A stretch of 64,000 nt of DNA from Eledone cirrhosa (Eukaryota). Shown here piece after piece: positions 23,736 to 37,926 of this stretch. The stretch is from assembly GCA_964016885.1 (NCBI GenBank), contig OZ024741.1, positions 330,336,001-330,400,000 on the forward strand, written 5' to 3'. Under the pieces are notes generated by a model, which worked only from the letters and a program-made list of their open reading frames with translations, was not told the DNA's origin and ran no database searches. Position 1 is the stretch's first letter. Each line of letters opens with the position of its first letter. The translations under genes and the position numbers were made by a program.

Positions 23736-25577
23736 ATGTCTAATCCAGCTCTGGGAAATACAACCAATGTTGCTTCAGTTAGTGGAAGCGGTGCTGCAAC
23801 CCTGAATCTAGCCAATCCTTTGGCAGTGCTTCCTGTTGCTGCTGAAGGACGCATGAACCTTGCTGCTCTTCAACAGAAAGATCCTTATATCACAGCCATA
23901 GTTGATACAGCAAAGCAAGTAGCACTGTATCTGTTCAGTTCTAAGGAAAATGAATGGGAGAGAACGGCTATAGAAGGAACGTTATTTGTTTACAGACGAT
24001 CAGCTTCACCTGATAATGGATTTATGATCCTAAATAGACTCGGTCCTAACAATTTAATTGAACCAATAACAAAAGACTTAGAATTTCAGCTTCATGACCC
24101 CTTTTTACTTTATCGGACGGCAAAGGCTATCTGTGGGATTTGGTTCTACGATAAAGACGAATGTGCTCGTGTGGGTCAACTTATGAATAGCCTTGTCCAG
24201 TTGGCCATTACAAACCACCATGCTAAAAGCCAGAACTGTACTAGTAGACAAAGACGTGCCTCAGAAAGTGATTCCCTAGATGGTCGGTCATCTGATGTGA
24301 AGAAAGACCCACCAATTACTGTTGCTGCACCTGTTGTGACGACCCCTACTCCACAGATTGTCACTATCTCTGCTGCACCAATGCCTGCTGATAAACCTGT
24401 TGGTATTCTACAGTTGCTTACTAAAGCTCAGCATGAATATGATAAATCTAAAGATATCAAGAAAAAACCTGAACCAGTGACACTCACTGATAACCCTGGC
24501 AAGGCTATTGCCAGTTCTGCTTTTTTGATTCGACCCACACCTTTGTGTATAGGTAATTCAACTCAAAATTCCGACAATGAAATTGATGCTTACAATATGA
24601 TTCCTCCTACAAGAGAAATTTCTTCCCAAATTTGCCTTGAAAAACTCTTCTCCAGTAATGATGTTGGGAAAAATATCTCCATGGTCAAGCCAAACCCATT
24701 GTCAAATATTTCTAATAAGGACAATGAAATAGCTTCTAATCAAATGCCTTCTATAATGAAGCAGCTCGGGTCGACCGTTTCTTTGGTAGAAGACATTGAG
24801 CGTCAACAGCGAGGGGAAGCTGGACCCTCGGGGGTTCAGGTTTTGTCATCTCCAGCTCAGGAGGTAACAACTGGTGTCGACATGCTGAGAAATATCTACC
24901 AAAATAATCCGAATCTCACAACATCGACAATTCTCAACCAGAATGCAAGTTTGCAACAGTCCCATCCAGTTGCTACTACTTCGTCTCTCACTAACTCGTA
25001 CCCTTCTGAGCAACGATTTGCCCTGTCTCAATCTCCAAAAGAAATTATATCAAATTTTGGTCACATGAATGCAGGTAACCCTCAACGGATGCCACTGTTA
25101 GAGACTGCACACAATCTTCTGTCTCCTGCCAGGAACAACAATGCACCCAGCAATGCATCACTGCAAAGTTGCAATGACTCAATGGCTAACTTACTTGTAA
25201 CCAAATTAGATCAGGGTTCAATTTCTACCACTGCGCCCACTGTATCTAAAGCTGGCTCTTCACAAAGTCTTCTGACTCCGGCTGACCTTGAAACCATCTC
25301 ATCCGTACCACATGTCTCAGGAACAACTCCTTCAAACCTTGATATTCTCTTGTCTCCCATGGCTTTTGTCACACCACAAGCAAAACCAGCCACAACATTG
25401 TCAAATTCCTACAATTCTAGTGACGTTGCAGATAGCTCACATACCTCACCTGTACCTTTGACCAAAGAGCAATTACAACAAGCTTTATTATATCTCTTGA
25501 AGAATGATGCCAGTTTCCTGGCTAAGATCCATGAAGCTTACCTTTCAACATTGAACAGTGATGCTTCTAACCTCTGA
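23736..25577 (+). CDS. DCP1: mRNA-decapping enzyme subunit 1 (DCP1A/B-like), 613 aa from the first in-frame ATG, intronless CDS
   Basis: EVH1 domain MNLAALQQKDPYI...IEGTLFVYRRSASP...LEFQLHDPFLLYR...IWFYDKDEC; motif I ILQLLTKAQHEYDK; C-terminal trimerisation domain LTKEQLQQALLYLLKNDASFLAKIHEAYL. Confidence 0.96.
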   Translation: MSNPALGNTTNVASVSGSGAATLNLANPLAVLPVAAEGRMNLAALQQKDPYITAIVDTAKQVALYLFSSKENEWERTAIEGTLFVYRRSASPDNGFMILNRLGPNNLIEPITKDLEFQLHDPFLLYRTAKAICGIWFYDKDECARVGQLMNSLVQLAITNHHAKSQNCTSRQRRASESDSLDGRSSDVKKDPPITVAAPVVTTPTPQIVTISAAPMPADKPVGILQLLTKAQHEYDKSKDIKKKPEPVTLTDNPGKAIASSAFLIRPTPLCIGNSTQNSDNEIDAYNMIPPTREISSQICLEKLFSSNDVGKNISMVKPNPLSNISNKDNEIASNQMPSIMKQLGSTVSLVEDIERQQRGEAGPSGVQVLSSPAQEVTTGVDMLRNIYQNNPNLTTSTILNQNASLQQSHPVATTSSLTNSYPSEQRFALSQSPKEIISNFGHMNAGNPQRMPLLETAHNLLSPARNNNAPSNASLQSCNDSMANLLVTKLDQGSISTTAPTVSKAGSSQSLLTPADLETISSVPHVSGTTPSNLDILLSPMAFVTPQAKPATTLSNSYNSSDVADSSHTSPVPLTKEQLQQALLYLLKNDASFLAKIHEAYLSTLNSDASNL

Positions 25578-26117
25578 AAATATTTTCTGTGATAGCTTCT
25601 CTTCCCAATGATCTATTGTGTCTTTCACAAGCATATCACCTCAGCTTGGTTCCTTTTTATTTTTATAAAAACGAACACTTAAACTCTTTGGATTCAATTT
25701 TATTTCCAGTACTTGGCTTTTGAACAATGTCACTCTCCTCTTGACATATATATATATATATATTGGTCTAACTAGTTTAATACTGGTTTAATCCTCATAT
25801 TCATGGCTCCTAATACAGTAGTAGAGCACTCTTCAACCTATATTACACTTCTATCCTGGCACCACCCAGCCTGTTTCTACATCTTGCCCAATAATCGAAC
25901 ACACTATGCAATGAGTCTGGAACTAGCTGTAGAAACAGCAATAGCTCACCCATTGGGACCCAACTCTTTCTAATATAGTCACACTCTACTATCCCAAGTA
26001 TTGAGTACTCTATTGAATAATGGTCTAACAAGTTGAATACTAGTTTAATCCTTGTATATATATATATATATATATATATACATGTGTGGCCCATTGCTAT
26101 GAGGCTGGAGGAACCAG

Positions 26118-26169
<52 letters not shown>

Positions 26170-26597
26170 GGTGAGTCTTTGCTAACTATGACTGGGTATT
26201 TGTAATAATGGTTTTTAATTTAGGCAGTTTTTGGATGAGGTGAAGTTGAATTTGGTGGGATTTCTACTCACAATATAAAGGGCTATAACCAAATACCAGA
26301 AGGCATTTTGTCTGACGAGAGTCAGCTGAAAAGTTAATAGGCTGACTGAAGGAGTGATGCTAGAGCTATGAAATCTTGCATCCATTAATTTCAAATCTTC
26401 TTATTAATAACTGCATTGTTTCTTTACAGAGACTATGGTGAAAAATAAACCTCATTTAGCCATTCCATGAGAGTGTCTTGGTCAGGCTATGAACTTTTCA
26501 GCTGACCCTCATACAGTAAAAATTGGGAACTTTTTTATTTAAAAAAAAATGTTTCCCCCAATAATGAAAAGTGCATTAAATTAGCTCTCTCTTATAA

Positions 26598-26690
26598 TTA
26601 TGAAGCCTACATGCGAATTCATATGAAGCCCACATGGGCACTCATGAAGCCCACATGAGAACTCATATGGAACCTACATGAGAACTGATA
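26598..26690. repeat. ~22-bp tandem repeat (4 units)
   Basis: Repeated TATGAAGCCCACATGAGAACTCA. Confidence 0.75.
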
Positions 26691-29449
26691 ATTAATAATT
26701 ATATTACATCTGATAGTAATTATCTTACATGTTTGTTTATTGTCTCCACAAAACATTGTCCATGGTCTGTGATCTGTAGTTACAACTATTTCTTTGAAAA
26801 GTTCCATTTGTGTATATATGTATGTAATATATTGCCTAGACAAGATGTATCCAAGACCATGCGTATATATATATATATGACAAGAAAATCGGAAAGTAAG
26901 TAACTTACTTGAAGATAGGCTACTGGGGTTTAAGTACTGCAACTGTCAACTCTATATAATCTATTTCATATCAACCGAAAATCAATATCTCAGAACTTTA
27001 CGTTCATTCTTGACTTGAACATTTGCTTGGACCCAACTATATAATTTGGGTTAGGGATAGGGTTAACCTTAACCCTATCCCTAACTTGGGTTGACCAATT
27101 AAAAATAAGAAAAAAATACTCAATGGTTTTAATTGACTATTCTTCAAAGAATATGTTGCTTTGTTTCATCTTTATTACATAAAATGTTGACCTAAATAAA
27201 TTTTGCTGTTCATGATAATATTATCAAGGAAGGTCTGGCTGATTTGCGTGAGCCTGGCCAAAGTGAAATAAGTTTTCATCCATCATTCTAATAACGTGAC
27301 TCTGGCTGACAAATTACACCGAAAGAGCGAAGAATAATCTTTAAAATCTCAAACGGTTTTAATTCATCACTTTCAACGAATATAACTTCGTTATGACTTC
27401 ATATGTTACTTTTAATAATGTGGTATGAACCAAATTTAATGAAATAGGTTGGATTCATATGCTATTGCCAGGGTAGCAATGTGTAGCCTGTTGTTTGAAA
27501 AGCTGATGTTGGGGGTTTATAGCTTTGATCTTTCACTGCTAACACAAATAGCAGTAGCTGTGTCTGTTTCATTTATGTATTTAACAATGTACTTGTAACC
27601 CTTTTCTAAAGCTTCCACTCACGACACAAATTATTACAATGAAATTATTGTCACTAGACAATTAGACTGGTGATAAAATAAATATAAAGTTATCTATAAT
27701 GGAGAAGGATATAGCGAGGGATTATCATTGTCTTAACCATCACCCTTTAACATCTATTTTCCATGTTTTTATGAGTCATACGGGTTTGACTCATCAGGTG
27801 ACTACGTCATACTCATACTTCTGTTTTGGCGTGGTTTCTATGGCTGGATGCCCTTCCTAATGCCAACCACTTTACTGAGTGTACTGGGAGCATTTTATCA
27901 TGAATCTGGCACTATCACATTACAAAGTAGGGGCTGAGTGTTTTTTGTCCTGGCATCAACACTATCAACTTACAGTAGGGTCTGGGTTTTCTTTTTGTTG
28001 TGACAAAAACTCTACTGCTTCACAGGGTGGACCGGGTACTTTAGTCATGGCAGCAACACTACCACCTTACAGGATGGACAGGATTACACTCTTACAGTGC
28101 AGACTGGGTGCTTTTTTTTTTGTTGTGACACCACCCCTACTTCATTACAACACTAAGGTGCTCAGTGTATCAGGCTGGGACGGCATTGATAGAAGTGAGG
28201 AGGTGTTAAAACAAAATGGTTGACGACTGAAGACCAAAGTAAATACGCATTCATTCATTTCAAATCAAATATGAACTGATTGATTGGTTATCTGCAAAAT
28301 AACCAATTTACATTTCAGGTAGAAAACAGAAAAAGTGTCTTTAGAGATTTTAATAAAGTAAGTGTTTATTTCTTATTAAAAAATGTATATATTTTTTACT
28401 TTTAAATATTACTATAGTACAGTGTTCATTCCATGTAAATGCATTGCTGATTTCAATATAGATGATATGCATTGAAAATTATGGAATAAAGAAATCTTGT
28501 GTTTTTTTTTTCTATTAAAGTTCATCATCATCGCCATCACCACCATCATGATCATCGTTTAATGTCCATTTTCCGCATCAGGTCAGTTGACCATGTCATG
28601 CTGATACAGATCTGTATTTGGGCTTGGTTTCTACGACTGGATGCCTTTCCCAGCACCAACCACATTTACAATGTGGACTAAAACGACCATCTAATTGGGT
28701 GAACTGGGTGGTTTTTGTCCTGTCACCAACATGACCACCTTACAGGGTGGAGTGGGTGCTTTTTATTGTTACCAGCATGACCACCTTACAGGCTGGAATG
28801 GGCACTGTTTGTCATGTCACCAATACAACCACTTTACAGGGTAGACTGGGTGCTTTTTGTTGTCCCTCACTATATAATTATATCTAGCTCATTAAATGTG
28901 AGATGCAATTCTTCAAGTTGAAACATTACATTCCTGTAGAAAATTTATGACATTATCTTCATTGATATTATTCATTCTAAGTCTAAAGACCATCTGGAGT
29001 CGGGAAGCTCATCAGGCTGGTGCTTATCCTGGTATCTGTGGCATTAAGCAACTGAGAGTACATGAATTCCCCCTGGACAGGACACCAGTCCATCGCAGTG
29101 TTTAACCCAGAGACTCATCAGACCAGTGCTTATCTCAGTTTCCATGGCATTAAGAGACTGAGAGTACCTGACACCTCACCCCTCACCCCTGAGCAGGCTG
29201 TCAATCCATCACAGGGTTAAACCTCCACCTGCTGCTGGTACTTATTTTCAGCTGAGTAAACTGGAGTAACGGGAAATGAAGTGTTTTGCTGAAGAACACA
29301 ACCCAGTCCAAGAATTGAAAATATGAAATTGGATGATATTGATGAAAAGATTTTATGAGTTTATGCTTGGCCGACTTACAAATACAGATTTAAGGTATTC
29401 AGTAATGAAAATATTAACAAGCAGAAGGATGCAATGATAAAATCACTTC

Positions 29450-30830
29450 ATAAACAAAATCTATAAATATACAGTAGACCTGAAAGAGGTAGACCACTCA
29501 CTATCACTTAAATGGCCCAAAAGACCCCATAGTAAAATGGGGTGGGTGGACTAGAGCTATAAGGACCACTGACAACCACGACTAGGTGAGAAGAATGATT
29601 GCACATGCGGTGGGAGCAAGTATTAAAACTACCTTAAAGGGCCATGTGTCTAAGTTCAGTAATAAAACGTATGCTCAAGAGGAAGGAGTGGCCAAAATTG
29701 TTGCTGGCGATGTGGTAGGACAGGAGACTCGAAGAACGCTTAGCGAGAGTACATGGCTATGGAGTTCTCAGCTGAGTTGACAATATTAATATAGTAGTTA
29801 AAACTACCCCATGAGAGACCACCCACAAATCGGAACTAGAAGCTAGCACCATGGAGAGCATCCAGTGAATAGGTAACTCCATCCACCAGAGCATTAAGGT
29901 AACAGTAGACCACCCCAACCACTTATTACCTGTGTTAAACACAACATTGTAGTGAAACTAGGAATGATAAAGCCAAATCCTCCATTCACATTACACCAAA
30001 CCCATGGAGTAAAGGTGATGAGAAATGTGTCTCGCATGTGATCCAACAGAGTTAAAGAGAGACGTACAGCATTTCATTTACCGCCTGGAGTACTCTGGTT
30101 ATAACCAAAGAGACAGGATCAGGATGTACAAAGGAGAAATGGCTAAATTCAGAACCATTATGAAGAATGATATAAATGGGATTTGCCCACTATACGGGAG
30201 CAAATCATGAAATAGTATAGCAAAGATAAGATAGGAAAGGCCAACTCGTGGTATGACAGCCCAAAATACCAGTGTCATATCCTTCAATGCTACCACGAGG
30301 CAAACTAGCGCATTGTTTTAGAAGAGCTTTAGAAAAAAATGAAGAAATACAAGGCGCTACCATAAAATCTTAGGAAAAGCCCCTGTACTGATAGAAACTG
30401 TAAAGCTAGAAATGTAGTCTATAGGATATGATGCAGAAACAAGACAACATAGTATAGGAGAGAGATTTAAGGAACACTGGAGCTCATCATTGCTATATCA
30501 ACATGCCAAACTAGAACACAAGGGCTCAATAGATAACAGAAATTATGATCCTATCCACACCTAGAACTCAGACAAATTACAGCGATCACACACATAATAG
30601 AAGATAGTCCTAGCCTAAACAGAATTGGGGGGGTGGGGGACAAACAGCAAATTGTACAAACCCATACACATAAAAACACTCACAAGATGGAGAAGTTTAA
30701 GACTAGGAGAAAAAGGCAGCACAAAACAATCATTGAGGAGGTAGCAGAATGTGGGACGAAAGAACTTTGATAAACAATAAAAATAAAGTGAAATTTATGT
30801 GGTGCATTTCTTTCTTTCTATTGGCAACAT
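29450..30830 (+). mobile_element. Highly degraded Penelope-like retroelement (RT thumb + GIY-YIG remnants)
   Basis: RLEYSGYNQRDRIRMYKG...GICPLYG at 30025-30210. C..RNVVYRI.C....IGE-like remnant at ~30380-30465 and LYQHAKLEH. Degenerate TTGAGGA...GACGAAA hammerhead-like motif at ~30734-30762. Confidence 0.55.
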
Positions 30831-33800
30831 ATATAAACAGATTTAAAAGAAAAGCATAGCCACTTTGTTTTAAAGAAAGCAATCATAGTACGTACACACG
30901 GATATTTCTTCAGTTGCAGTTAGACTAAATTGTAGATTGATTGTTAATTCTTCTCTGGAATATGATGCTCTTAATTGTATGTTTATTAAATTTTGTAAAA
31001 AGAAAAACCACCTATGCTAAACTCAATACTTCTGAGCTTGTGTCATCACTGATATATGTGTGTGTATATATGAAATAAATGTTAAGACATGTTATGTTAT
31101 TGTATTTCAGTGTGGAGCTGCTATGCAATCATTACAACAGCAACTGGCACTAGTGTGACATTCATACATATATATATGTGTGTACAAACATGTATGTATT
31201 TCTGAGTTAAACTTGCTTGACTTGTGTCTCAATATGAGAGGTTTTGTGTTTAAAACTATTTCAAAACTTGCCAAAACTGTTTTTACACATTCACTTTTGT
31301 TTACTTCATATATATAGTATACAAAAACAAAACAACTGTGCCTATCATCAGATTGAACCAAAGAAAATGTTTCTGTTGTCCTTTTCATTGTTCATACAAT
31401 CTGCTGGTTGAAAGGTTTTGTCACACTGGTGTGACCTAGTCATGACAGTAGAATTATTTCTTTTGATAACAGCCCAGCCAAAACCAGCTTTGGTTCTGTG
31501 AAACAAAACAGCTATTTAAATTAAAATCTTGCATAATTTTATAAAGCGTCATAACTTCATAATGAAATAATTAATCATTTTAGTAAATCCCTCAAATTTC
31601 TTTATAAATTAATTGAAATAGAGAGTACTTAGAACATCTGATGGAATATTTGAGGATTTTTGTTCCAGCTCTCTGCTCTCAGTTCAAATCTTACCAAGGT
31701 CAATAAATACAGTTCCAATACAAGAGTATATATAGAGAGAGGTGTAAATGAAAACATTTTTATATACAATAATATCTATATATATCTTTCTCGCTTTCTG
31801 TTTGCTTCTCTGGAAGAAATCCACTCGCTGTGTTAAACCCTATAGTGTGATGGACTCTACCAGGTTTAAATGTCTAAGTCACACTGCTGTATGTCACAAA
31901 GTTATCCCTATGATTCCGCCAACAGCTTGTGGTCTTATAGTAGATTCCCAAACAAAATATTTTGATGTTCTGAGTTTGACTCTACTAATATTGATTTTGA
32001 AGGTGCATGACTTAGTGATTGAGCCCACAATCTTGAGGTTGAGGGTTTGATTCCCAAACTAAGTGATGTGTTGAGAAAGACGCATCATTTCACATTGCTT
32101 CAGTTCACTCAGCCTGTGCAAATGTGTTGCAACATCACTGGTGCTAAGCTGTATCGGCCTTTCTCTTTCTCTTGGACAGCACCAGATATAGTGTATATAT
32201 GGCACGTACATAGTGTACATATGAGTTGCAATATCACTGGTGCTGTACCAGCCTTAGCCTTTCCCTTGAACAAAATTGGTAGTGTGAAGTAGGGAGGCTT
32301 GTATTCATGGGTGACTGTTGATCTTCCACACAAACACCTTGCCTAGGTTTGTGCCTCAGAACTTTCTAGGTGTAAAGCCATGGTCATTCTTGACCGAAAG
32401 GGGACTGCCTCCTGAATGTCATTAATAAAACAGGTAGCATTCATTTAGCTTTCTAATGGTTTTAAGATTAACCTTCCTAATAACACCATTCCTATGGCAC
32501 TCCTCCACCCCCCCTGTTCCCTCAGTATTCTATCTGTCCCTGTGGCATTTTCCACCCATTCCTGTACCACTCCTCCACCAACTACCGTGGCACACTTCCA
32601 CCCAACACCTGGTACTTTCCAATATTGATGATGTGAAATCTTGATGCAGGTAACAAGCAGCTGCAGTGACCAACCAAGCATAACATTACAACTAGAACAT
32701 ACTACACACACATTATTCAATGTAGCATGATGTCAATTTACTTAAATCACTTTTAGCTTTCACTGTTATTTTAGTTGTAGTTTTTGTCACATCATGCAAA
32801 CTTGTATATATATATATATAATCATCATCATCATCGTTTAACATCCATTTTCCACACTTCCATAGGTTAAACAGGTTGTGTTATGAGACAAGTTAGGTCA
32901 GAAGACCACATTTGCTTGTATGGATGTGTATTTTGGCATGGTTTCTACGGCCGGAATCATTTCCTAACACCAACCACATTACAGTGTAAACTAGGTACTT
33001 TTTATCGTGACACCAAAACGACCACTTTACAAGGTGGACTGAGCACTTTTTGCTCTGTCGCCAGCACGACCACCTTACAGGGAAGAATGAATACATTTTT
33101 CTCATGTTACCAACACAATCTCTCAACAGGGTGGACTGGGTGCCTCCTGTTATGTCACTAGCACTGCCATCTTACAGAGTACATTTGGAGCTGCCTCTTG
33201 ACATGTTATCAGTACGATCACCTTTATTCAGGGTGGATTGGGTGCTTTATGTCATGGCAGCAACATTATGGGAAGTGGAGGAGCAGATTTGGAATCTGTC
33301 CAGCTTTCCATGCTTGTATGCAAGTTGGACATGGATAAGGTGAGTGGGATATTTAATTGGTGAGGGCAGGGTATTAACACTAGGAAAATTGAATGGTAGG
33401 GGGACAATTGATGTAAGCTAATGACTTCTACATGTCTGTTTCATCCTGGGCACATGGGAAAGCAGGTCTTCTGCAGTGCAGCATAACGCCAGAGATCTTG
33501 ATCCTGTGTTCTCTCCTTTGAGAGATTTAATTTTGTTTTTTCGAACAGTCATAGATATGCATCATTGGTCAGGATTGGAATATAGTATTGAGCACTCTAC
33601 TTCAGATAAGAAATACTGACAGTTGGTGAGAAATGCTAACTACTGCAGGTGGTAACTGTTTCAGCACCCAATTTGTTAATGTGAATTGGATAATCAGTGT
33701 CAAAAGTTGGGATTAATATCATCATATGTTTGTTATTGGTGTAAGATGTAGTGTTTATATTAAGAAAGAAAGATAAAAATTTTAGTTCAACTCAACATGT

Positions 33801-33957
33801 CCAATTTTAATCTCTGTTATGTCTGATGAGCAAATAAATCCTAGAATCAAGCTGACTGTAACTGATTAAAGTTCTGAACTGATCATTTGTGGAATTACAA
33901 ATGAAGTATGTTGTACTGAAACTTCAACCTCCCTTTCTTAATAGTGTATATTATACA

Positions 33958-34272
33958 CAGTGGAACCTTGGTTCATGAATGCCTCTCATCATGGACAAAT
34001 CGGTTCCCAAACAATTCTTCCGGACATAAAATGCCTTGGGTGATGAACAATGTCTCGAGTAACGAACACACAAGCTGGCAACAATGGTTGCTGACAAGCT
34101 GAGAGTGTTGGCAGGAAAGCCTCACTTGCTGTGTAGTTAGTTACTATGTTGATATCTATATGTCTTTCACATACTGTCTCTCTCAACATTTTGTATGGGA
34201 AAATAGTTTTCGTTTACACACACTCAGTGATGAACGGCCTTCAAGAACAAATTATGTTTGTTGTGTTCCACT
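33958..34272. mobile_element. Tigger/pogo-like MITE, followed by a ~72-bp mini-MITE (34283-34356)
   Basis: CAGTGGAACCTTGGTTCA ... GTTCCACTA termini. The second element is CAGTGTCCCCCAAAAATATATACACACT ... AGTGTGTATACATTTTTTTGGACACCCT. Confidence 0.55.
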
Positions 34273-36164
34273 ATATATATATACAGTGTCCCCCAAAAAT
34301 ATATACACACTGATCACAATGCTGTTGAAGTGTGTATACATTTTTTTGGACACCCTATATATATATATACACATATATAACATCTGAAGGTGCATGGCTT
34401 AGTGGTTAGAGAATTGGATTCACAATTGTGCGTTCCATTTCTGGACTGGGCAATGTGTTATTTCCTTGAGCAAAGACACTTTATTTTGCATCGCAGTTGC
34501 AACTGATAGATAGTATCAGCAATGGAAAGACCAGTGGAAACATTGTTTCCATTTTGATGAGTTCCACCTCACTTGGTAAGCAAATGAGGTCTGGGATCTT
34601 GTTGAGGATTAAGAAAAGAGAAAAAATATATCATCATCATCATCATTTTATGTTTGTCTTGCCATGCTTGCATGGTCTAGCCAGATTTTCTCCAGCTCAA
34701 CCTGCATCCACTTGATGGTATTCCTTCATCATCTCTGCTGCAACGGTCAGTGATTCCACATCTTCCTCATTCTTCCTCTTCTGTGGCTTCCTTCCACTTC
34801 TTCACTCAATGATCACATTATATAGAGATGTTGCTATACTTAACACACACACAGACAAAGAGTGGTGTGCCCACGCATGGAGATGCTATAAAATAGGATG
34901 GAGGCCATTAAAGACAAGTTGACATCAACCAATATATGTATATATATATAGGTACACTTGTGTCCCAAATAATAGGGTGAGTTTGAAAATCGGTAATTTT
35001 TTTAGGTTGTTTCCCTTGATTATTTAAAAACCCAAATTAGTTGTTTAGTTTAAATATTGAGACTGCCTTATTTATTTCATAATGTATGAGATCTCTAGTA
35101 ATGTTCTTTTTTTTTTGCCATGTATAATGTTTTTTAATACCTAAAGAAAATTGTCACAGGAATGCTACCACTTAAAATATAATTTTACTGGAGATAGATT
35201 AACAAAATTTGATGGGGGGAGGTGGGATTGGAAAAAATCTGAAAAATTAATAAGCAGTGGAGTTTGGGGGTGATTATTCAAGACCCAAGAGTATATTGTA
35301 AACTATATTATATGCTAGTTATTATATATTGATGTACTGAATTAGATGTAATGAGGATTCTGTTTAAATATAGATATGTTATGTTAGTGTGTGGGATGTT
35401 GTGTATTTAATGAGTATGTCCTAGACTAACAACCACTCGTCATCTTGAGCTGGTCTCTCATCCTGTTGAAAATAGCAGCCAGATCAATTATAGATGTGCT
35501 GTCTGCTGGTCTATACTAACTACCTATCAACCAACCATCATCTCGATCTAACAAAGGAGCTGTTATGTGGTCTCTCATCCTGCTGAAAATAGAGGACCAA
35601 ATCAATTAGACCTAGCAGAGTCCATCCCTCTCCAGGCCTGAACATAGCCAATTACTTCTAAAGAAAAAGTGAGAGAGAGAAGAAACTCAATTTCTTGACT
35701 GTTACTTTTTTTTTATCAACCCCAAGCAAGATGGCTGGATAACATCCATGAGCTCGGTTGGTCTTGCTTGGGGATCCAGCCGGAACAATTGGAGATGGTT
35801 GCTTCTGACAGGACCTGCTGGAAGGAGTGTTTGAGAACTCCGCCTCCATGATCCTCCCAGGAATAAGTGGGCAAAGAAGAAAACCCTGAAAGGAGGAAAA
35901 GCAAAGATTAACTCCAGCTGGATTTTAACTCAAAGCACATTGAGCCAAAACAAGTAATATGTCATTTAGTTCAGCATTCAAACAGCTCTGTCCGACTTCT
36001 ACAGGACTAGAACTGTTTCAGTCAAATGATTTCTTTTGAATGAAATAGTTCTAATCCTGTAGAAGCCATTTCTATATTAAACATGATGTTTATACTCTAT
36101 TAATGTATTGAGTACCTTACTTGCTGTGGTTATCCCTGATTGCACCCAGGACTCATATATAGAT

Positions 36165-37768
36165 GATGAGATGCAGTTTGGGTTTGTGCTCGGCAAAGGT
36201 ACCACTGATGCTATCTTCCCTGTGAGGCAGTTACAAGAAAAGTACCTAGCTAAAAGTAAGCCGCTCTAACTGGCATTTGTCGATATGGAAAAAAATTTTG
36301 ACAGTGCCCGATACTATAATCTGGCAGGCTCTTAGAAAACTAGCAGTAGATGAGTGGCTTGTGAAGGCTGTACAAGCCATGTATAGGGAGCACTCAACAA
36401 AGTTACGGTTAACAATGACTACAGCGAGGATTTAGCATACAGGTTGGTATCCACCAGGGCTCTGTTCTTAGCCCTCTCCTGTTTATTATCATATTGTAGG
36501 CATTTAAGACAGGATGCCCATGGGAACTTCTATACACAGATGATCTTACACTTATAGCTGAAACTAGAGAAGAAATTCCAAACATGGAAGCAGGGGCTAG
36601 AAAGAAGGGGTCTCATGGTCAACCTGACAAAGACTAAGGTCCTAGTAAGTAGAAGAGAAAACAGAACCCAGATCCCCCTCAGGGAAATGGCCTTGCTCAG
36701 AAATTCCAACCTCTGTCCCAAATGCAAACTATGGGTACACAAGGTATGTAGTGGGATCTCAGGAAGTTTAGCTAAGAAAGTAGGCTTTACATGTAGCAGT
36801 TGCACCGAGACAGTAAGCAGCAAACGACCACAGGAAACAAGCACCACCAAATTCTGGGAAGGCTTGGTAGAAACAGTAGACAGCTTCTGCTACCTAGGTG
36901 ACTGAATTAACAGCATAGGTGGGTGTTCGGAAAGTACAGTAGCCAGGGTAAGAACGGGATGGAAGAAGTTCAGGGAGCTACTACCACTGCTAGCTGCAAA
37001 AGGCTTTTCCCTCAAAATGTAAGTCAGATTGTATCATGCATGTATACGAACAGCAATGTTGCATGGTAGTGAGACCTGTGCGTTGTGTGCAGAAGACTTG
37101 TGTAGATGGAAAGAAATGAAGCTTGCATGCTCCGATGGATGTGTAATAGTAATATACATGACGGCAAAGCATAAACAAATTGAGAGAGAGACTAGGCATA
37201 AGAGGAATCAAATGCTGCGTGCAGGAGAGGAGATTATGTTGGTATGGATATGTGATGTGTATGAAAGATGACAGCTGCATAAAAAGGTGCAGAGTGCTAA
37301 AAATCGATGGAAGCCTTGGGTGGGGAGACCCAAGAAAACCTGGGATGAGGTGATAAAAGCTGATCTTGCCCAATTGCACCTCTCAAAGGCAATGACAGGA
37401 GCGAGACCTCTGGCATTACACAGTAATACAGAAGACCCGACTTCCCACGAGTACAAGCCGAAGCTGAAGCATATAGACAGTATGCCCTCACCCTCCGCCC
37501 ACTGTAAAGTAGTCGTGTAGGCGTCACGACAAAAAAGCACCCAGTCCATAGTTAAGTGGTCAGGTAGGTGCCACAATAAAAAGCACCCAGTACTCACTAT
37601 AAAGGAGATTGGTGATAGGAAGGGTATCCAGCTGTAGAAATCAAGCCCAAATCAGTTCTGTAGGAGCAAGACATAGTCACCTGACCTGGCATTGCCCCCA
37701 ATAGGACAACTTGTGTAACCCATGCTAGCATGGAAGAATGTACGTAAAACGGTGATGATGATGATGAT
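36165..37768 (+). mobile_element. 5'-truncated, degraded RTE LINE
   Basis: MQFGFV..KGTTDA RT motif through to the RWYGHV-like C-terminus, the 3' UTR and the AAACGGTGATGATGATG tail. Colinear with the minus-strand copy at 55646-58612. Confidence 0.9.
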
Positions 37769-37926
37769 ATTGCCATTGGGAAAGGCATGCAGCTGTATAA
37801 ACCCATACAAACATAGAAAATGTTAAATGGTACAACATGGCTGATTCTGAGAAAGACAAACAGAGAGAGGAGAATCAAATATTTAACTGATATATCATAC
37901 TATATAACAACTATATATATATATAT

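Noticed and set aside
30400-30470. In-frame TGA in a PLE GIY-YIG remnant as possible selenocysteine
   Set aside because: The element is riddled with stops and frameshifts, and no SECIS was recognised.
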